This document shows positions 9,244 through 18,174 of a DNA stretch of 64,000 bases, in pieces. How positions within the stretch are numbered: the stretch's first letter is position 1; every line of letters begins with the position of its first letter. Source of the stretch: a candidate division WOR-3 bacterium (GTDB lineage Bacteria > Hydrothermota > Tepidihabitantia > Tepidihabitantales > Tepidihabitantaceae). Under the pieces are notes generated by a model, which was not told where the DNA came from, searched no databases, and saw nothing but the letters and a program-made list of their open reading frames with translations. The position numbers and the translations under genes were made by a program. The stretch spans positions 96,230 through 160,229 of the forward strand of contig CBFGKH010000007.1 in assembly GCA_965649295.1 (NCBI GenBank). Direction: 5' to 3'.

Positions 9244-9945
9244 CTAGCGTCTGACCAGTTCATAGGCGAAGTATGCAGCCACGAGCAGCAGCAGCACGCC
9301 CGAGGCTTTCCTGAGAATGACCGAGGCCTTGTTCAGGCCTTTGGAGTTGACCAGCGCTTCGGCAAGGCCGATGGAGGTGCCGGCGAGCAGCACCAGCACA
9401 GAATGGCCGAGAGCATAGGTGAAGAGCAAGAGCCCGCCGTAGACCACGTTGCCCTTTGACGCCACGTAGGACAGGATGACGGCGAGAATCGGCATGGCGC
9501 AGGGCGTGGCGATGACGCCGGTCAGAGCGCCGAGCAGGAAGGCGCCGATAACCCCGCCGGCCTTCGGGGCGAAGCCGCGCGGCAGCGGAAGTTCGAAGTT
9601 CGGGAAAAAGAGAATCTGGACGCCCATCACCACACAGACGATGATGATGAGGATGGGCCAGAACCTGGACGTCGTGCCGAAGAGCGTGCCGGCAAGGCCG
9701 GCAATCATTCCGAGCGCGGTGAATGCGGCGGCGATGCCGAGGAAGAGAAAGAGCGCAAGCAGCAGCGCATAGCTCTTGCTCCTGCCCGGCGTGTAGCCGC
9801 CGACAAAGCCGATGGCCAGAGGGATTGACGCCAGCACGCAGGGGTTGAGGGCGGTGACGAGCCCGCCGAGGAACACGACCGGGACCGCCAGCAGCGGCTG
9901 GGAGGTAATCAGCTTCTCGGCGTTGGCGAGCAGGGAGGAGAGCAT
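9244..9945 (-). CDS. ccdA: Cytochrome c biogenesis CcdA/DsbD-type thiol-disulfide membrane transporter
   Basis: ALNPCVLASIP and IATPCAMPIL Pro-Cys motifs, six TM segments. Confidence 0.85.
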   Translation of the reverse strand: MLSSLLANAEKLITSQPLLAVPVVFLGGLVTALNPCVLASIPLAIGFVGGYTPGRSKSYALLLALFLFLGIAAAFTALGMIAGLAGTLFGTTSRFWPILIIIVCVVMGVQILFFPNFELPLPRGFAPKAGGVIGAFLLGALTGVIATPCAMPILAVILSYVASKGNVVYGGLLLFTYALGHSVLVLLAGTSIGLAEALVNSKGLNKASVILRKASGVLLLLVAAYFAYELVRR

Positions 9946-9951
9946 CGCCTC

Positions 9952-10791
9952 TCAGGCTGCCGGTTTGGCTGCAGCGACCTTGATGCTCGTAACGCTGGCG
10001 GCAGCCGCCCGCGGTTCATCCGCGGTCAATCCCGACTCGCGCACGAGCGCCTGCAGAGTCGGGTCGCTGGCCGGGACTTCGACCGGGAACCGGTCTTCGC
10101 CGACTACGCTGATGTCCGTGAAGCCGGCAGCGGCGATTGTGGCGAGGTAGTCGGCTTTCAGATTTGCTCCGGATATGCAGCCGACATAGGCGGCTGCCGA
10201 GTCGAGCAGGGCCGGCGGCAGGGGCGCGGTGAGAACAATGTCGGAAACGAGCAGCCGGCCACCGGGTTTGAGCACGCGCAAGGCCTCGCGGAAAACCTGC
10301 GGCTTGTCCGGCGAGAGGTTGACGACGCAGTTGGAAATCACGACGTCAATTGAGTTGTCGGCAACCGGCAGGTGTTCGATTTCACCAAGTCGGAACTCGA
10401 CGTTGGCAATGCCCGCCTTGCGGGCATTCTGCCGGGCGCGCTCGACCATCTCCGGGGTCATGTCCACGCCAATGACCTTTCCGGTCGGGCCGACCTTGCG
10501 CGCGGCGAGAAAGCAGTCAAAGCCGGCACCCGAACCAAGGTCGAGCACGGTTTCGCCCCGCTTTAGGCTGGCGAGGGCGACCGGATTGCCGCAGCCAAGC
10601 CCGAGATTCGCATCAGGCGGAACCCCGGCCAAATCCTCGTCCGAATAGCCAATCGCGCGGGCAGTTGCAGTCGGGCTACCGTTGCCGCAACAACACTTAG
10701 TCTGCGGGCCGCAGCAGGAGTCTGATTGCCGAGGTATCGAGCCGTAAGCATCGCGGACCGCCTGCTTGATATCCTTGTCGTGACCTGACAC
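9952..10791 (-). CDS. arsM: Arsenite S-adenosylmethionine methyltransferase
   Basis: LGLGCGNP, VLDLGSGAGFDC, GVDMTPEM, ISNCVVNLSPDK, YVGCISGA. Confidence 0.95.
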   Translation of the reverse strand: MSGHDKDIKQAVRDAYGSIPRQSDSCCGPQTKCCCGNGSPTATARAIGYSDEDLAGVPPDANLGLGCGNPVALASLKRGETVLDLGSGAGFDCFLAARKVGPTGKVIGVDMTPEMVERARQNARKAGIANVEFRLGEIEHLPVADNSIDVVISNCVVNLSPDKPQVFREALRVLKPGGRLLVSDIVLTAPLPPALLDSAAAYVGCISGANLKADYLATIAAAGFTDISVVGEDRFPVEVPASDPTLQALVRESGLTADEPRAAAASVTSIKVAAAKPAA

Positions 10792-11159
10792 TAGCGGTGC
10801 GCTTCCTTGGTTGAGGATGTGCTACAGCTCGTACGCTCCGAGCCTTTGGGTCGGCGGGCCGTGCAGCGACCGGGCTTGCCGGCCTTGGCCAGTTGCCGAG
10901 CCTGGTCAAGGAACTCCAGCACCGACTCATCAGCCAGCCGGTAGCGCATCCCGCGGCCGTCGCGTCGGGAGACGATGATGCCGGCCTGCTCGAGCACCGA
11001 CAGATGGTGTGACACCACCGAGAAGCTGGTTGGAAAGTGGGGGGCAAGTTCACAGACACACCGTTCGCCAGCAGCCAACAATTCAACAAGCCGCATCCGA
11101 TACTCAGAGCCGAGCGCTGCCAGATAGGCCGTTGTCAACTGCCGACTGCTGATATCCAT
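10791..11159 (-). CDS. arsR: ArsR/SmtB family repressor
   Basis: GERCVCEL..VSHHLSVLEQAGII.SRRDG; likely start is the ATG at 11159. Confidence 0.9.
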   Translation of the reverse strand: MDISSRQLTTAYLAALGSEYRMRLVELLAAGERCVCELAPHFPTSFSVVSHHLSVLEQAGIIVSRRDGRGMRYRLADESVLEFLDQARQLAKAGKPGRCTARRPKGSERTSCSTSSTKEAHR

Positions 11160-11194
11160 ATTTCTAAAAATATAGAAATATCCGGCGATGTCAA
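11158..11194 (-). promoter_or_regulatory. ars promoter and ArsR operator
   Basis: -35 TTGACA at 11194-11189; perfect 9-bp inverted repeat atatttcta-N6-tagaaatat at 11158-11181 covering the -10 and start codon. Confidence 0.75.
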
Positions 11195-11710
11195 CGGTGT
11201 CGAAACGGCGGTGGGTGTTGGGCGGCGGCGGTTGATAAGGGCAGGGCTGGGTAAGGGTAGTTGGGTTTCGGGCGGCGCAGGGGCGGAGACCACCCGTGCC
11301 GCTGCGCCGCCCGGAGGAGGTTTCCATGCCGAGACGCTGTCGGTTCTGCTGTCTGCTCTGTCCTAGTTTCTTCTGTTGGACGAGCCGGAAATCCCGAGGT
11401 TGCATGGGAAGCGACTGACCAGCAGCGGCGGTAGCTAACTTATGGAGAATAAAGCAGATGTGTTGCGCAGCCCGGTCAGGCCGTATCAAACGCGGACAGC
11501 GACCAGTTCGCACCGGCCGCTGTCATCTGCGAGAAGGAGGCTTGTGTGCTCTGACTTGCCCGTTCTGCCACAGCAGTCTGCTGCAGCTCGATATGTATGA
11601 CGCTTTCTTGGACAGATGGTTGCACTGGTTTGCTTGACCGCTGGTTATGGGGCAATAGAATCGTATTGCTGGGCCGGTTCCATAACTCAAGAAGTCTCAT
11701 AGGAGTACAG

Positions 11711-13870
11711 ATGAAGTCTTACTTTCTTGTCCTGGCCGTTCTATTGGCGATTCCGGCGGTGGCTCGGCCGCAGTACCGGATGGGGTTCAATTACGCCGAT
11801 CTGGCCAAGGTTGCGCCGGACAAGGAAGTGATAGTGGTGCTGCCAGCGCCGGGCTGCCGTGATCACCGCGACCTAGTACGGGTTGACCTGACTGACCAGA
11901 TGCCGCCGGTTGGTGACCAGTTGGCGCAGGGTTCGTGCATGTCCTGGGCAGTGGGCTACTATCATCGCACTCAGCTTGAGTATCGGGAGCGGGGCTGGGA
12001 CCTGACCGATCCGCGCCACCGCTTCAGCGCCGCGTTTCTCTACAATCAGGTGAATGGCGGGGCTGACCGCGGTTCCGGATTTGAGGACAACATGCCCTTA
12101 GTCTGCGAGCAGGGCGCGGCAAGCGAGGCCTTGATGCCGTATGACCAGTATGACTGTGTCTCCTGGCCGTCCGAGGCCGCCTACTATGAGGCGATTCCTT
12201 ATCGCTGCCGCGACTGGGGCTGGTTGCGGGTGCGCAATGAGACCGAGCTAGCGAATGTCAAGCAGATTTTGGCCAATGGCAGCACCTGCGTCATCGCCAT
12301 CTGGTGCTGGGACAACTTCATGAACATCTCCCGTTACAACAACACCTACTGTGTTGCCGACCGCGCTGGCCAGAACGGCGGTGGCCACGGTGTCTGCATT
12401 GTCGGTTACGACGACACGCTGACCACCCGCGACGGCCAGGGTGCATTTCGGATAGTCAACTCCTGGGGCACGGGCTGGGGCGACCGCGGCTACTTCTGGA
12501 TGTCCTATCAGGCGGTGATGAACACCGACCTCTCCCAGCGGGTTGTCGGCTATCTTATTGACACGGTCGGTTACCAGCCGACGCTTTTTGCTCGGGTTCG
12601 GCTGAACCATCCCACCAGGGACCGAATTGGTCTGCAGTTTCTCGTTGGCCGGGCGAGCTCGCCGAGCTGGTATCGGGAGTTTCGCACCTGGCGTCAGGCT
12701 GCGGTTGACCAGCCGTTCCCACCGAACAACATCGTCTTTGACCTGACTGAGGCGAGCGAGTATCTCACCGGTCAGACTGCTGAGTCGGTCTATTTCTGCT
12801 GCTGGGACACGCGCCTTGACGGCCGGGACGGCGCGGTCGAGCAGATGGGCAGCAAGTATCTGCCTTGGTACAACTGGTATCCGAGCACTACCGTGCCGAC
12901 TGCGATTCCCGACAATGGCGGAATGGTGCTGGTCGGCACTCGGGTCGAACAGCACGACCAGGATGCGAGCGCGGCAACAGTTCTCGCACCGCTGGGCGTG
13001 GTCGAGCCGGGCCAGGCCTACCGGCCCCAGGCCAGGGTCTATAACTACGGCACTACCATTGCCAGCTTCCCAGTCTTTCTGCGCATCGCTCCAGACTGGC
13101 GCGACAGTCGTAATGTCAACGGGCTTGCGCCGGGCGAATCGTGCGATGTCGAGTTTGGCTACTGGACAGCGCCGCCAGAAGGCGTGGCAGTCCTGAGCTG
13201 CTCGACCGCGCTGGCCGGCGACTCCTACTATGCCAACGACACCGTCTCAGCAACGGTGCGGGTGCGCTATCACGATGTGGCAGTAGTCGAGGTATTGGCA
13301 CCACCAGCTAGAGTTGACTCAGGAGTCGGGCTGATGCCAAGGGTGCGCTGTCGTAACAACGGCACCCAGACCGAGACGTTTCTCTTGCGCTTTGTCATTC
13401 CGGGCGAATCCTACAACCGACTGGCCCAGCTTGGGCTAGCCCCTGGTGCTGAAGGCCAGGCCCTGTTTCCAACCTGGACACCGCGAGTTCTGGGCAGTCA
13501 TGCCTACACCTGCTCGCTTAGCCTGAGCAGCGACCAGAACCCAGAGAACAACCGCATCGAAGGAACGGTTGAAGTGGCGGCTGGTTCGGGTGTCGAGGAG
13601 CTGGCGGGCATCAGGCCGGGATTTGGTCTGGTCGAGGCCATGCCCAACCCGTTCGCCACAAGCACGGTAATTCGCTACTCGCTCGGCCGGCCCGGCCCGG
13701 CAACAGTCCACATCTGCGACGTTACCGGCCGCATCGTCTTCACAAGCGCACTTGACCATTCGACCACAGGAGCAGTTGTCCTTGACGGGCGTTCGCTTCC
13801 TGCCGGCACCTACATTGTCCGACTCGAAGCTAAGGGCCAGACAGCAACCGCAGCAATCGTCCGGCGCTAG
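11711..13870 (+). CDS. Secreted papain-family (C1) cysteine protease with CARDB domains and T9SS-like C-terminal domain
   Basis: RBS aggag, signal peptide, QLAQGSCMSWA, GGHGVCIVGY, IVNSWG; C-terminal PNPF..DVTGR..LPAGTYIVRL. Confidence 0.9.
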   Translation: MKSYFLVLAVLLAIPAVARPQYRMGFNYADLAKVAPDKEVIVVLPAPGCRDHRDLVRVDLTDQMPPVGDQLAQGSCMSWAVGYYHRTQLEYRERGWDLTDPRHRFSAAFLYNQVNGGADRGSGFEDNMPLVCEQGAASEALMPYDQYDCVSWPSEAAYYEAIPYRCRDWGWLRVRNETELANVKQILANGSTCVIAIWCWDNFMNISRYNNTYCVADRAGQNGGGHGVCIVGYDDTLTTRDGQGAFRIVNSWGTGWGDRGYFWMSYQAVMNTDLSQRVVGYLIDTVGYQPTLFARVRLNHPTRDRIGLQFLVGRASSPSWYREFRTWRQAAVDQPFPPNNIVFDLTEASEYLTGQTAESVYFCCWDTRLDGRDGAVEQMGSKYLPWYNWYPSTTVPTAIPDNGGMVLVGTRVEQHDQDASAATVLAPLGVVEPGQAYRPQARVYNYGTTIASFPVFLRIAPDWRDSRNVNGLAPGESCDVEFGYWTAPPEGVAVLSCSTALAGDSYYANDTVSATVRVRYHDVAVVEVLAPPARVDSGVGLMPRVRCRNNGTQTETFLLRFVIPGESYNRLAQLGLAPGAEGQALFPTWTPRVLGSHAYTCSLSLSSDQNPENNRIEGTVEVAAGSGVEELAGIRPGFGLVEAMPNPFATSTVIRYSLGRPGPATVHICDVTGRIVFTSALDHSTTGAVVLDGRSLPAGTYIVRLEAKGQTATAAIVRR

Positions 13871-13879
13871 CCTGCTCGC

Positions 13880-15433
13880 CTAGCGCCGGAACCGGCGGCG
13901 GATAGCGAGAAGAAAGAGGGCGAGCACACCGACGCCAACCAACGCCTGCGTCGCCATCAGGACGGTCTGATACCAGCAGCTCAGGTTTTCGAGTTGGAAC
14001 CGGAAGTAGCCCGGCACCATATTGACCAGACCAGAGAGCAGTGCCCAGCCGGTCCGTTCGAGTATCTGCGCTGGCGTGGGCCCGGGTCTGATTCGCCAGA
14101 GCACGGGCGCGGCACTGCCGTAGCCAAACCAGAAGTAGAGGTTCGCAAACGCGAGCCAGACCTGAGCCAGGCGCCCTAGCGCCAGTTGTGGTGACTCACC
14201 GTAGTTGCTGACGACCTTGTAGAGCCAGAGGGCAAAGCGGAAGAATCCGCGTGCCTGGGTTCGGCGATACTCCATCTCGGCAACGTGAAAGTCGCCGGCA
14301 TCAGAATAGGAACCGTACCTTTCGGTTGCGAGCCGAATTTCCCGCGCGACGCGCTCGACATCCTGCTTTACCAGTTGTTCGGTTCTACCCCAAATCTCTT
14401 GCTGGGGTCTTGTTTCTTGTTCGGCTGTCTCGCCTTCGAGCCCTGGCCTATCAGCAGAAAACAGCTCTGGTAGTGTCCCAACCTGCTCCTCGGGCAGCCC
14501 AGTTCTTTTTGCCAACTGTTCGGGATTCCATTCTTGGTGCGGCGTGAATGCGAACTGGGCGTCGAAGATGAACTTCTTGGGGTCGGTCTCCCACTTCACA
14601 TTGGCGAAACGTACGAGCAACCGGTCAGTGAGAATATCGGTATGCAGGAACGAGACGCGGTTCATATTCTCGCTAATGTCCCGGAACACAACCTGACCGG
14701 CCGGCGCAATGATGCGGCCTTGCCTATGGTCTTGCTCCATCGTGATGTCGGAAGTGCCGTGAACGAAGTCCAAGTCCCAGAGCAGGATGGTTGCCTTTTC
14801 GCCAATCTCGGTGCCGGCAAAGAGCAACTGATTGCGCAGGGAGGCGCGATTGAAGTCCACTGGGCCATCGAACTTGGCCCGAGTGAGGTCTGCAGGGCCA
14901 ATGAATCTCGTATGGCCGAAGATGGCCTCGGCGCGGAACCGCGCGAAGCTGAAGTCGGCCGTGTTGCTGAACCGCGCTCCGTGGAAGTCGGCCTTGGCGC
15001 GGAACTGCGCTCCCAAGAAGTCGGCCTTGGCGCGGAACTGCGCTCCGCGGAAGTCGCAGACGGGGAAGACGAACTGCACGAAGTTGTGCTTTCCGTCCAT
15101 CGCCGGAAAGATGAAGCCGGTGAACTGCCAGGGCTCGCTCGGGTTGATTCTGGCGGCATAGGCCTTGGTCAGCACTTCGTTGGCCTCGCCGAAGACCCAG
15201 TGCCTAGGATTGTTTTCCTGCCACTTCTTTGTTTTGTCGTCTCCGGCCTTGTTGAGCAGGGCGACTAGGTATGATGCCAGATGTTGCCAGAAGTTGGCAG
15301 GGTCTTTCTGTTCTACCGGTTGATGAAAGATGCAGAGGTCACTGCCGTGTTCGGCGTCGAAAGGGCAGCTCCAGCCTGATTGATACTGGTAGTTGCACCG
15401 TTTCTTCTCTGGCGCTGGGGTTGGGGCCTGCAT
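13880..15433 (-). CDS. Pentapeptide-repeat protein with C-terminal membrane (ion-channel-like) domain
   Basis: N-terminal C..C..CIFH, 11-aa repeats FxGAQFRAKAD, YKVVSNYGESP plus TM helices; ATG at 15433. Confidence 0.8.
   Translation of the reverse strand: MQAPTPAPEKKRCNYQYQSGWSCPFDAEHGSDLCIFHQPVEQKDPANFWQHLASYLVALLNKAGDDKTKKWQENNPRHWVFGEANEVLTKAYAARINPSEPWQFTGFIFPAMDGKHNFVQFVFPVCDFRGAQFRAKADFLGAQFRAKADFHGARFSNTADFSFARFRAEAIFGHTRFIGPADLTRAKFDGPVDFNRASLRNQLLFAGTEIGEKATILLWDLDFVHGTSDITMEQDHRQGRIIAPAGQVVFRDISENMNRVSFLHTDILTDRLLVRFANVKWETDPKKFIFDAQFAFTPHQEWNPEQLAKRTGLPEEQVGTLPELFSADRPGLEGETAEQETRPQQEIWGRTEQLVKQDVERVAREIRLATERYGSYSDAGDFHVAEMEYRRTQARGFFRFALWLYKVVSNYGESPQLALGRLAQVWLAFANLYFWFGYGSAAPVLWRIRPGPTPAQILERTGWALLSGLVNMVPGYFRFQLENLSCWYQTVLMATQALVGVGVLALFLLAIRRRFRR
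14984..15046. repeat. 30-bp perfect direct repeat with 33-bp period inside the pentapeptide gene
   Basis: gaagtcggccttggcgcggaactgcgctcc at 14984 and 15017. Confidence 0.85.
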
Positions 15434-15502
15434 TGGGCTGAGTGTAGGCAGTTGGGACAGGCCGGTCAAGTGGGCAAAGGTGGGGCGACGCGATACTCCC
15501 TC

Positions 15503-15631
15503 GTCATTCCGAGGGCTGTCCTTGCCCGAGGAATCGCCGAAGTGCTATGCCTGGGGGGTGCGAGGCGGGAAGGCGATCCCTCGTCGCTGCGCTCCTCGGG
15601 ATGACAGGAGAGAATGCGTCTCGGGATGACA
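15503..15631. repeat. REP-like GTCAT(C/T)CCGAG palindromic repeat cluster
   Basis: gtcattccgag at 15503 (+); two ctcgggatgaca copies (-) ending at 15606 and 15631; 15571-15606 matches 21691-21726 at 35/36. Confidence 0.75.
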
Positions 15632-15654
15632 GAGGGTGATGGCAGTTGTGGCTG

Positions 15655-16020
15655 GTTGCACCTCTTTTCGGGTGCAGGGGCGAATCGTGCCAGCAGGCGC
15701 TATCTCCTGAGCCCACAATATGTTGGCCAGGTTTTCCGCTGCCCCCACTCCTCTGTCCCGGGGATGGTCTCCATGGTTCTTTGTCGCGGGGTCTTTAGTC
15801 CTGTCTCTTGCGCTGACTCAGTAACCCTTGGCGATTGGGATTGCGGCCGAGTCTGCCTAAGACTTCGGGCTCGCGCTTCTGGGCCTCTTTCGGTTGATGC
15901 TCGTGACTGGGTTTGGCCCGTTCTTTGGGACAAAGTTACCCGCTCGGCCTTACGGGTTGCTTGTAGCAGTCCTTGCTACTCGCTTTTGGTCGCTGCCTGC
16001 GTCGGGCTTTGGGCCGGGCT
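15655..16020 (-). repeat. Dispersed element copy A: 22 x 12-nt periodic units plus conserved ~110-bp end
   Basis: End aligns with 37573-37681; terminal 23-mer is 22/23 identical. Confidence 0.65.
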
Positions 16021-16482
16021 TTAGCGTGGGTTTGTGGTGCTCAGTTCGAACAGGCGCTCAGCAAGGGAAGTGACAAGTTCGGCCCGGGCAAGGCCCTTGC
16101 GCCAGCGGGCAGGGATGGCATCCTCGCCGTAGTAGGCACCGGCAAGCTGACCATAGACCGCGGCAGTCGTGTCGGTGTCTTCGCCGAGACTGACCGCGAG
16201 CGTACAACCAGTTTCGAAATCATCTGAGTTGTAGAGCGCCCAGAGCGCCGCTTCGAGCGTGTGAACGACGTAGCCGGTGCCGCGGATATCGGGCGGCTGC
16301 TTCTGTTTGAACGAGCCGGCCGCGACTTGGTCAATCTTGGGTGCGAGCGGCTCGGATTGCCAGAGGCCGGGAACGGGCGAATAGTGGTCGGCGAGCAGGT
16401 CCTGTTTTGATGCGCCGAGCGCATCGCCGCAGGCGAGGCCGAGCAGCGAGCCGCGGATGCGGCTGCGTTTGTCGGGTGTCAT
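16021..16482 (-). pseudogene. ADP-ribosylglycohydrolase (DraG/ARH family) with large in-frame internal deletion
   Basis: [14 protein letters not shown] joins directly to the C-terminal half ([29 protein letters not shown]); no TDD motif; 153 aa. Confidence 0.8.
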
Positions 16483-16530
16483 CAGCCTAGAAGCAGCGGT
16501 GACATTGGGACGGGCCCAAACCGGTACTGG

Positions 16531-16998
16531 CTAGAGGCGCGCGAGGTGAGACTCGAACCCGAGGACTACGGTCTTCTGACCCCGGCGAGCGACCTTGTGG
16601 CCCTCGGCCCGAAGGAGCTTGGCGACGGCAGCAATGCCGCCGGGGTACTTCGGATTCAGTTCGCCACCGGCTTTGAGCGTGCGCCAGTAGGGGGTGATGC
16701 GTTTGTCGCCGGCAGCACGCCGTTCTTCGGCTGCGTGGGCGGCAATCCAGGCGAAGATGCCGGTTGTCAGCGGACAGGCGATGTCGGTTTTGTGCTTGCG
16801 AGCAAGGGCCTGCCGGATTTCGGTGATGGTCACGAGTTTGCCTTTGGGCACGCGGCGCATCAGTTCGTCCACCTCCAATGGAGCGGGGATGACAAATGTG
16901 CCGGTACCCCAACGTTTGTTCATCCGTTCGTCAATCGGCGCGATGCGGGGCAGGCCTTTGGCGTCGGTCAGTTTCTGCTGCCAGGTTTTCTTTTTGTC
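16531..16998 (-). CDS. MGMT/alkyltransferase-like DNA-binding protein (5' start unclear)
   Basis: VPKGKLVT..IR..LA, CPLTTGIF, TPYWRTLKAGGELNPKYPGG; frame is open upstream of ATG 16923 through DKKKTWQQKL with no start codon. Confidence 0.75.
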   Translation of the reverse strand, partial: DKKKTWQQKLTDAKGLPRIAPIDERMNKRWGTGTFVIPAPLEVDELMRRVPKGKLVTITEIRQALARKHKTDIACPLTTGIFAWIAAHAAEERRAAGDKRITPYWRTLKAGGELNPKYPGGIAAVAKLLRAEGHKVARRGQKTVVLGFESHLARL

Positions 16999-17037
16999 AG
17001 ACTGGCGGCGACTGGTCGTAGTTCTACCCTAGCCTTC

Positions 17038-17460
17038 TTAGCGTTGGATGCTGAGCGGAACGATGACGTCGTAGTTCGGAACGGTGTCGGCAGGGAAGTA
17101 TTCGGCGGTGTCGGCATAGGTGCGGCCGCCGTAGATAAACCAGGCGCGGGCGCGGACACCGGTGGTGTAGGTGCCGGTGGCCCGTTCGTAGCGGAAGGTG
17201 GTGGTATAGGCAAGTGTTGCCTCGCCGTTGCCGTCGGTGGTGCGGTCGTCGTCAAGCTCGAATCCGGGCAGGACATTGCCGCTGCGGTCAATGACGTCGG
17301 TGTGGATGAAGAGGCGCTGGCCCGCAACCGGCCGTCCCTGGGAGTCGGTGACGGTGACGACAGCGCGGATTATCCAGGTGCGGTCGGCATACTTGCAGGC
17401 GAAGAGCGGCAGCAGGAGCGCCGGCAGGAGAAAAGAGAGCAGGCGGAGCTGGTAGCGCAC
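17038..17460 (-). CDS. Lipoprotein with Ig-like domain
   Basis: Lipobox LFAC; VTVTDSQGRPVAG..TTDGNGEA. Confidence 0.65.
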   Translation of the reverse strand: MRYQLRLLSFLLPALLLPLFACKYADRTWIIRAVVTVTDSQGRPVAGQRLFIHTDVIDRSGNVLPGFELDDDRTTDGNGEATLAYTTTFRYERATGTYTTGVRARAWFIYGGRTYADTAEYFPADTVPNYDVIVPLSIQR

Positions 17461-17540
17461 AGTAGGTTATAGCACGGGGAAGTGGTCAAGTCAAAGGGCA
17501 AAGCGCAGCGGACAGATGGGAGAGAGTGGTGGATGCCGGA

Positions 17541-18062
17541 CTAGCGGCCGGCGTCCAGCTCGATTCGGGCTGAGTCGAGCTGGTTGACAATGGCCTGGCG
17601 CAGGGTGGCGAGTGAGTCGGGGTCGTCGGTCAGCTCGATTTCGAGGACGAGGTTGCGGGCCAGTCCGAGCCGCGCCCGAACCGGGCCGACTACTTCTTCA
17701 GCACCCGGGCCGATTCGGTCAGCAGCGGTCTCAGCAGCCTGTTCGAGTCGCTCAATTCGCTGCAGAACGGCAGTGGCAAAGGCTTCGGCACTGTCAGGGG
17801 TGACCTGGGCACGGAGCGGGTCGCGGTTGCGGAGGCTCGCGATGATAAAAGTGCCGATGGCGATGGCGCCGATGGTGGCGACCAGAATTGCGGTGATGTC
17901 GCGCCAGCCGGGACCGGTCGGTTTGGGTGCTGGCGGCAGGCCAATTTCCGGGCCGGTTGTGTCTGGGCTTTGGCGGATGCGGGGGTCGAGCTTGGTGCGG
18001 CACTCGCGGCAGAACCGGGCTGTGTCGTCGTTGGGCTGGCCGCACGCCGGGCAGACGTTCAT
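17541..18062 (-). CDS. Zinc-ribbon membrane protein
   Basis: CPACGQPNDDTARFCRECRT, one TM helix, helical C-terminus. Confidence 0.7.
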   Translation of the reverse strand: MNVCPACGQPNDDTARFCRECRTKLDPRIRQSPDTTGPEIGLPPAPKPTGPGWRDITAILVATIGAIAIGTFIIASLRNRDPLRAQVTPDSAEAFATAVLQRIERLEQAAETAADRIGPGAEEVVGPVRARLGLARNLVLEIELTDDPDSLATLRQAIVNQLDSARIELDAGR

Positions 18063-18174
18063 CGGTAGCAGGGGTTGGTGCTAGTCAAAGGGAAATCGCC
18101 CGGTCGGGGGAGAGCCGAGCGCGAGACTGCTGAGTTTGGCATGGCGGGCAGAATAGACCGCTGGCAGCGGGTTG

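Noticed and set aside
6575..11159. Selenocysteine (in-frame TGA) in the ars/thioredoxin genes
   Set aside because: All redox motifs are encoded with Cys in uninterrupted frames.
11160..11513. N-terminal extension of ArsR in the ORF track
   Set aside because: Covers the promoter/operator and non-coding DNA; the ArsR fold starts at ATG 11159.
15390..15420. PAPEKKRCN at the pentapeptide protein N-terminus resembles PAPEKRCN readable from the element's terminal palindrome
   Set aside because: Only 8-9 residues with no flanking similarity; cannot be distinguished from coincidence without more copies.
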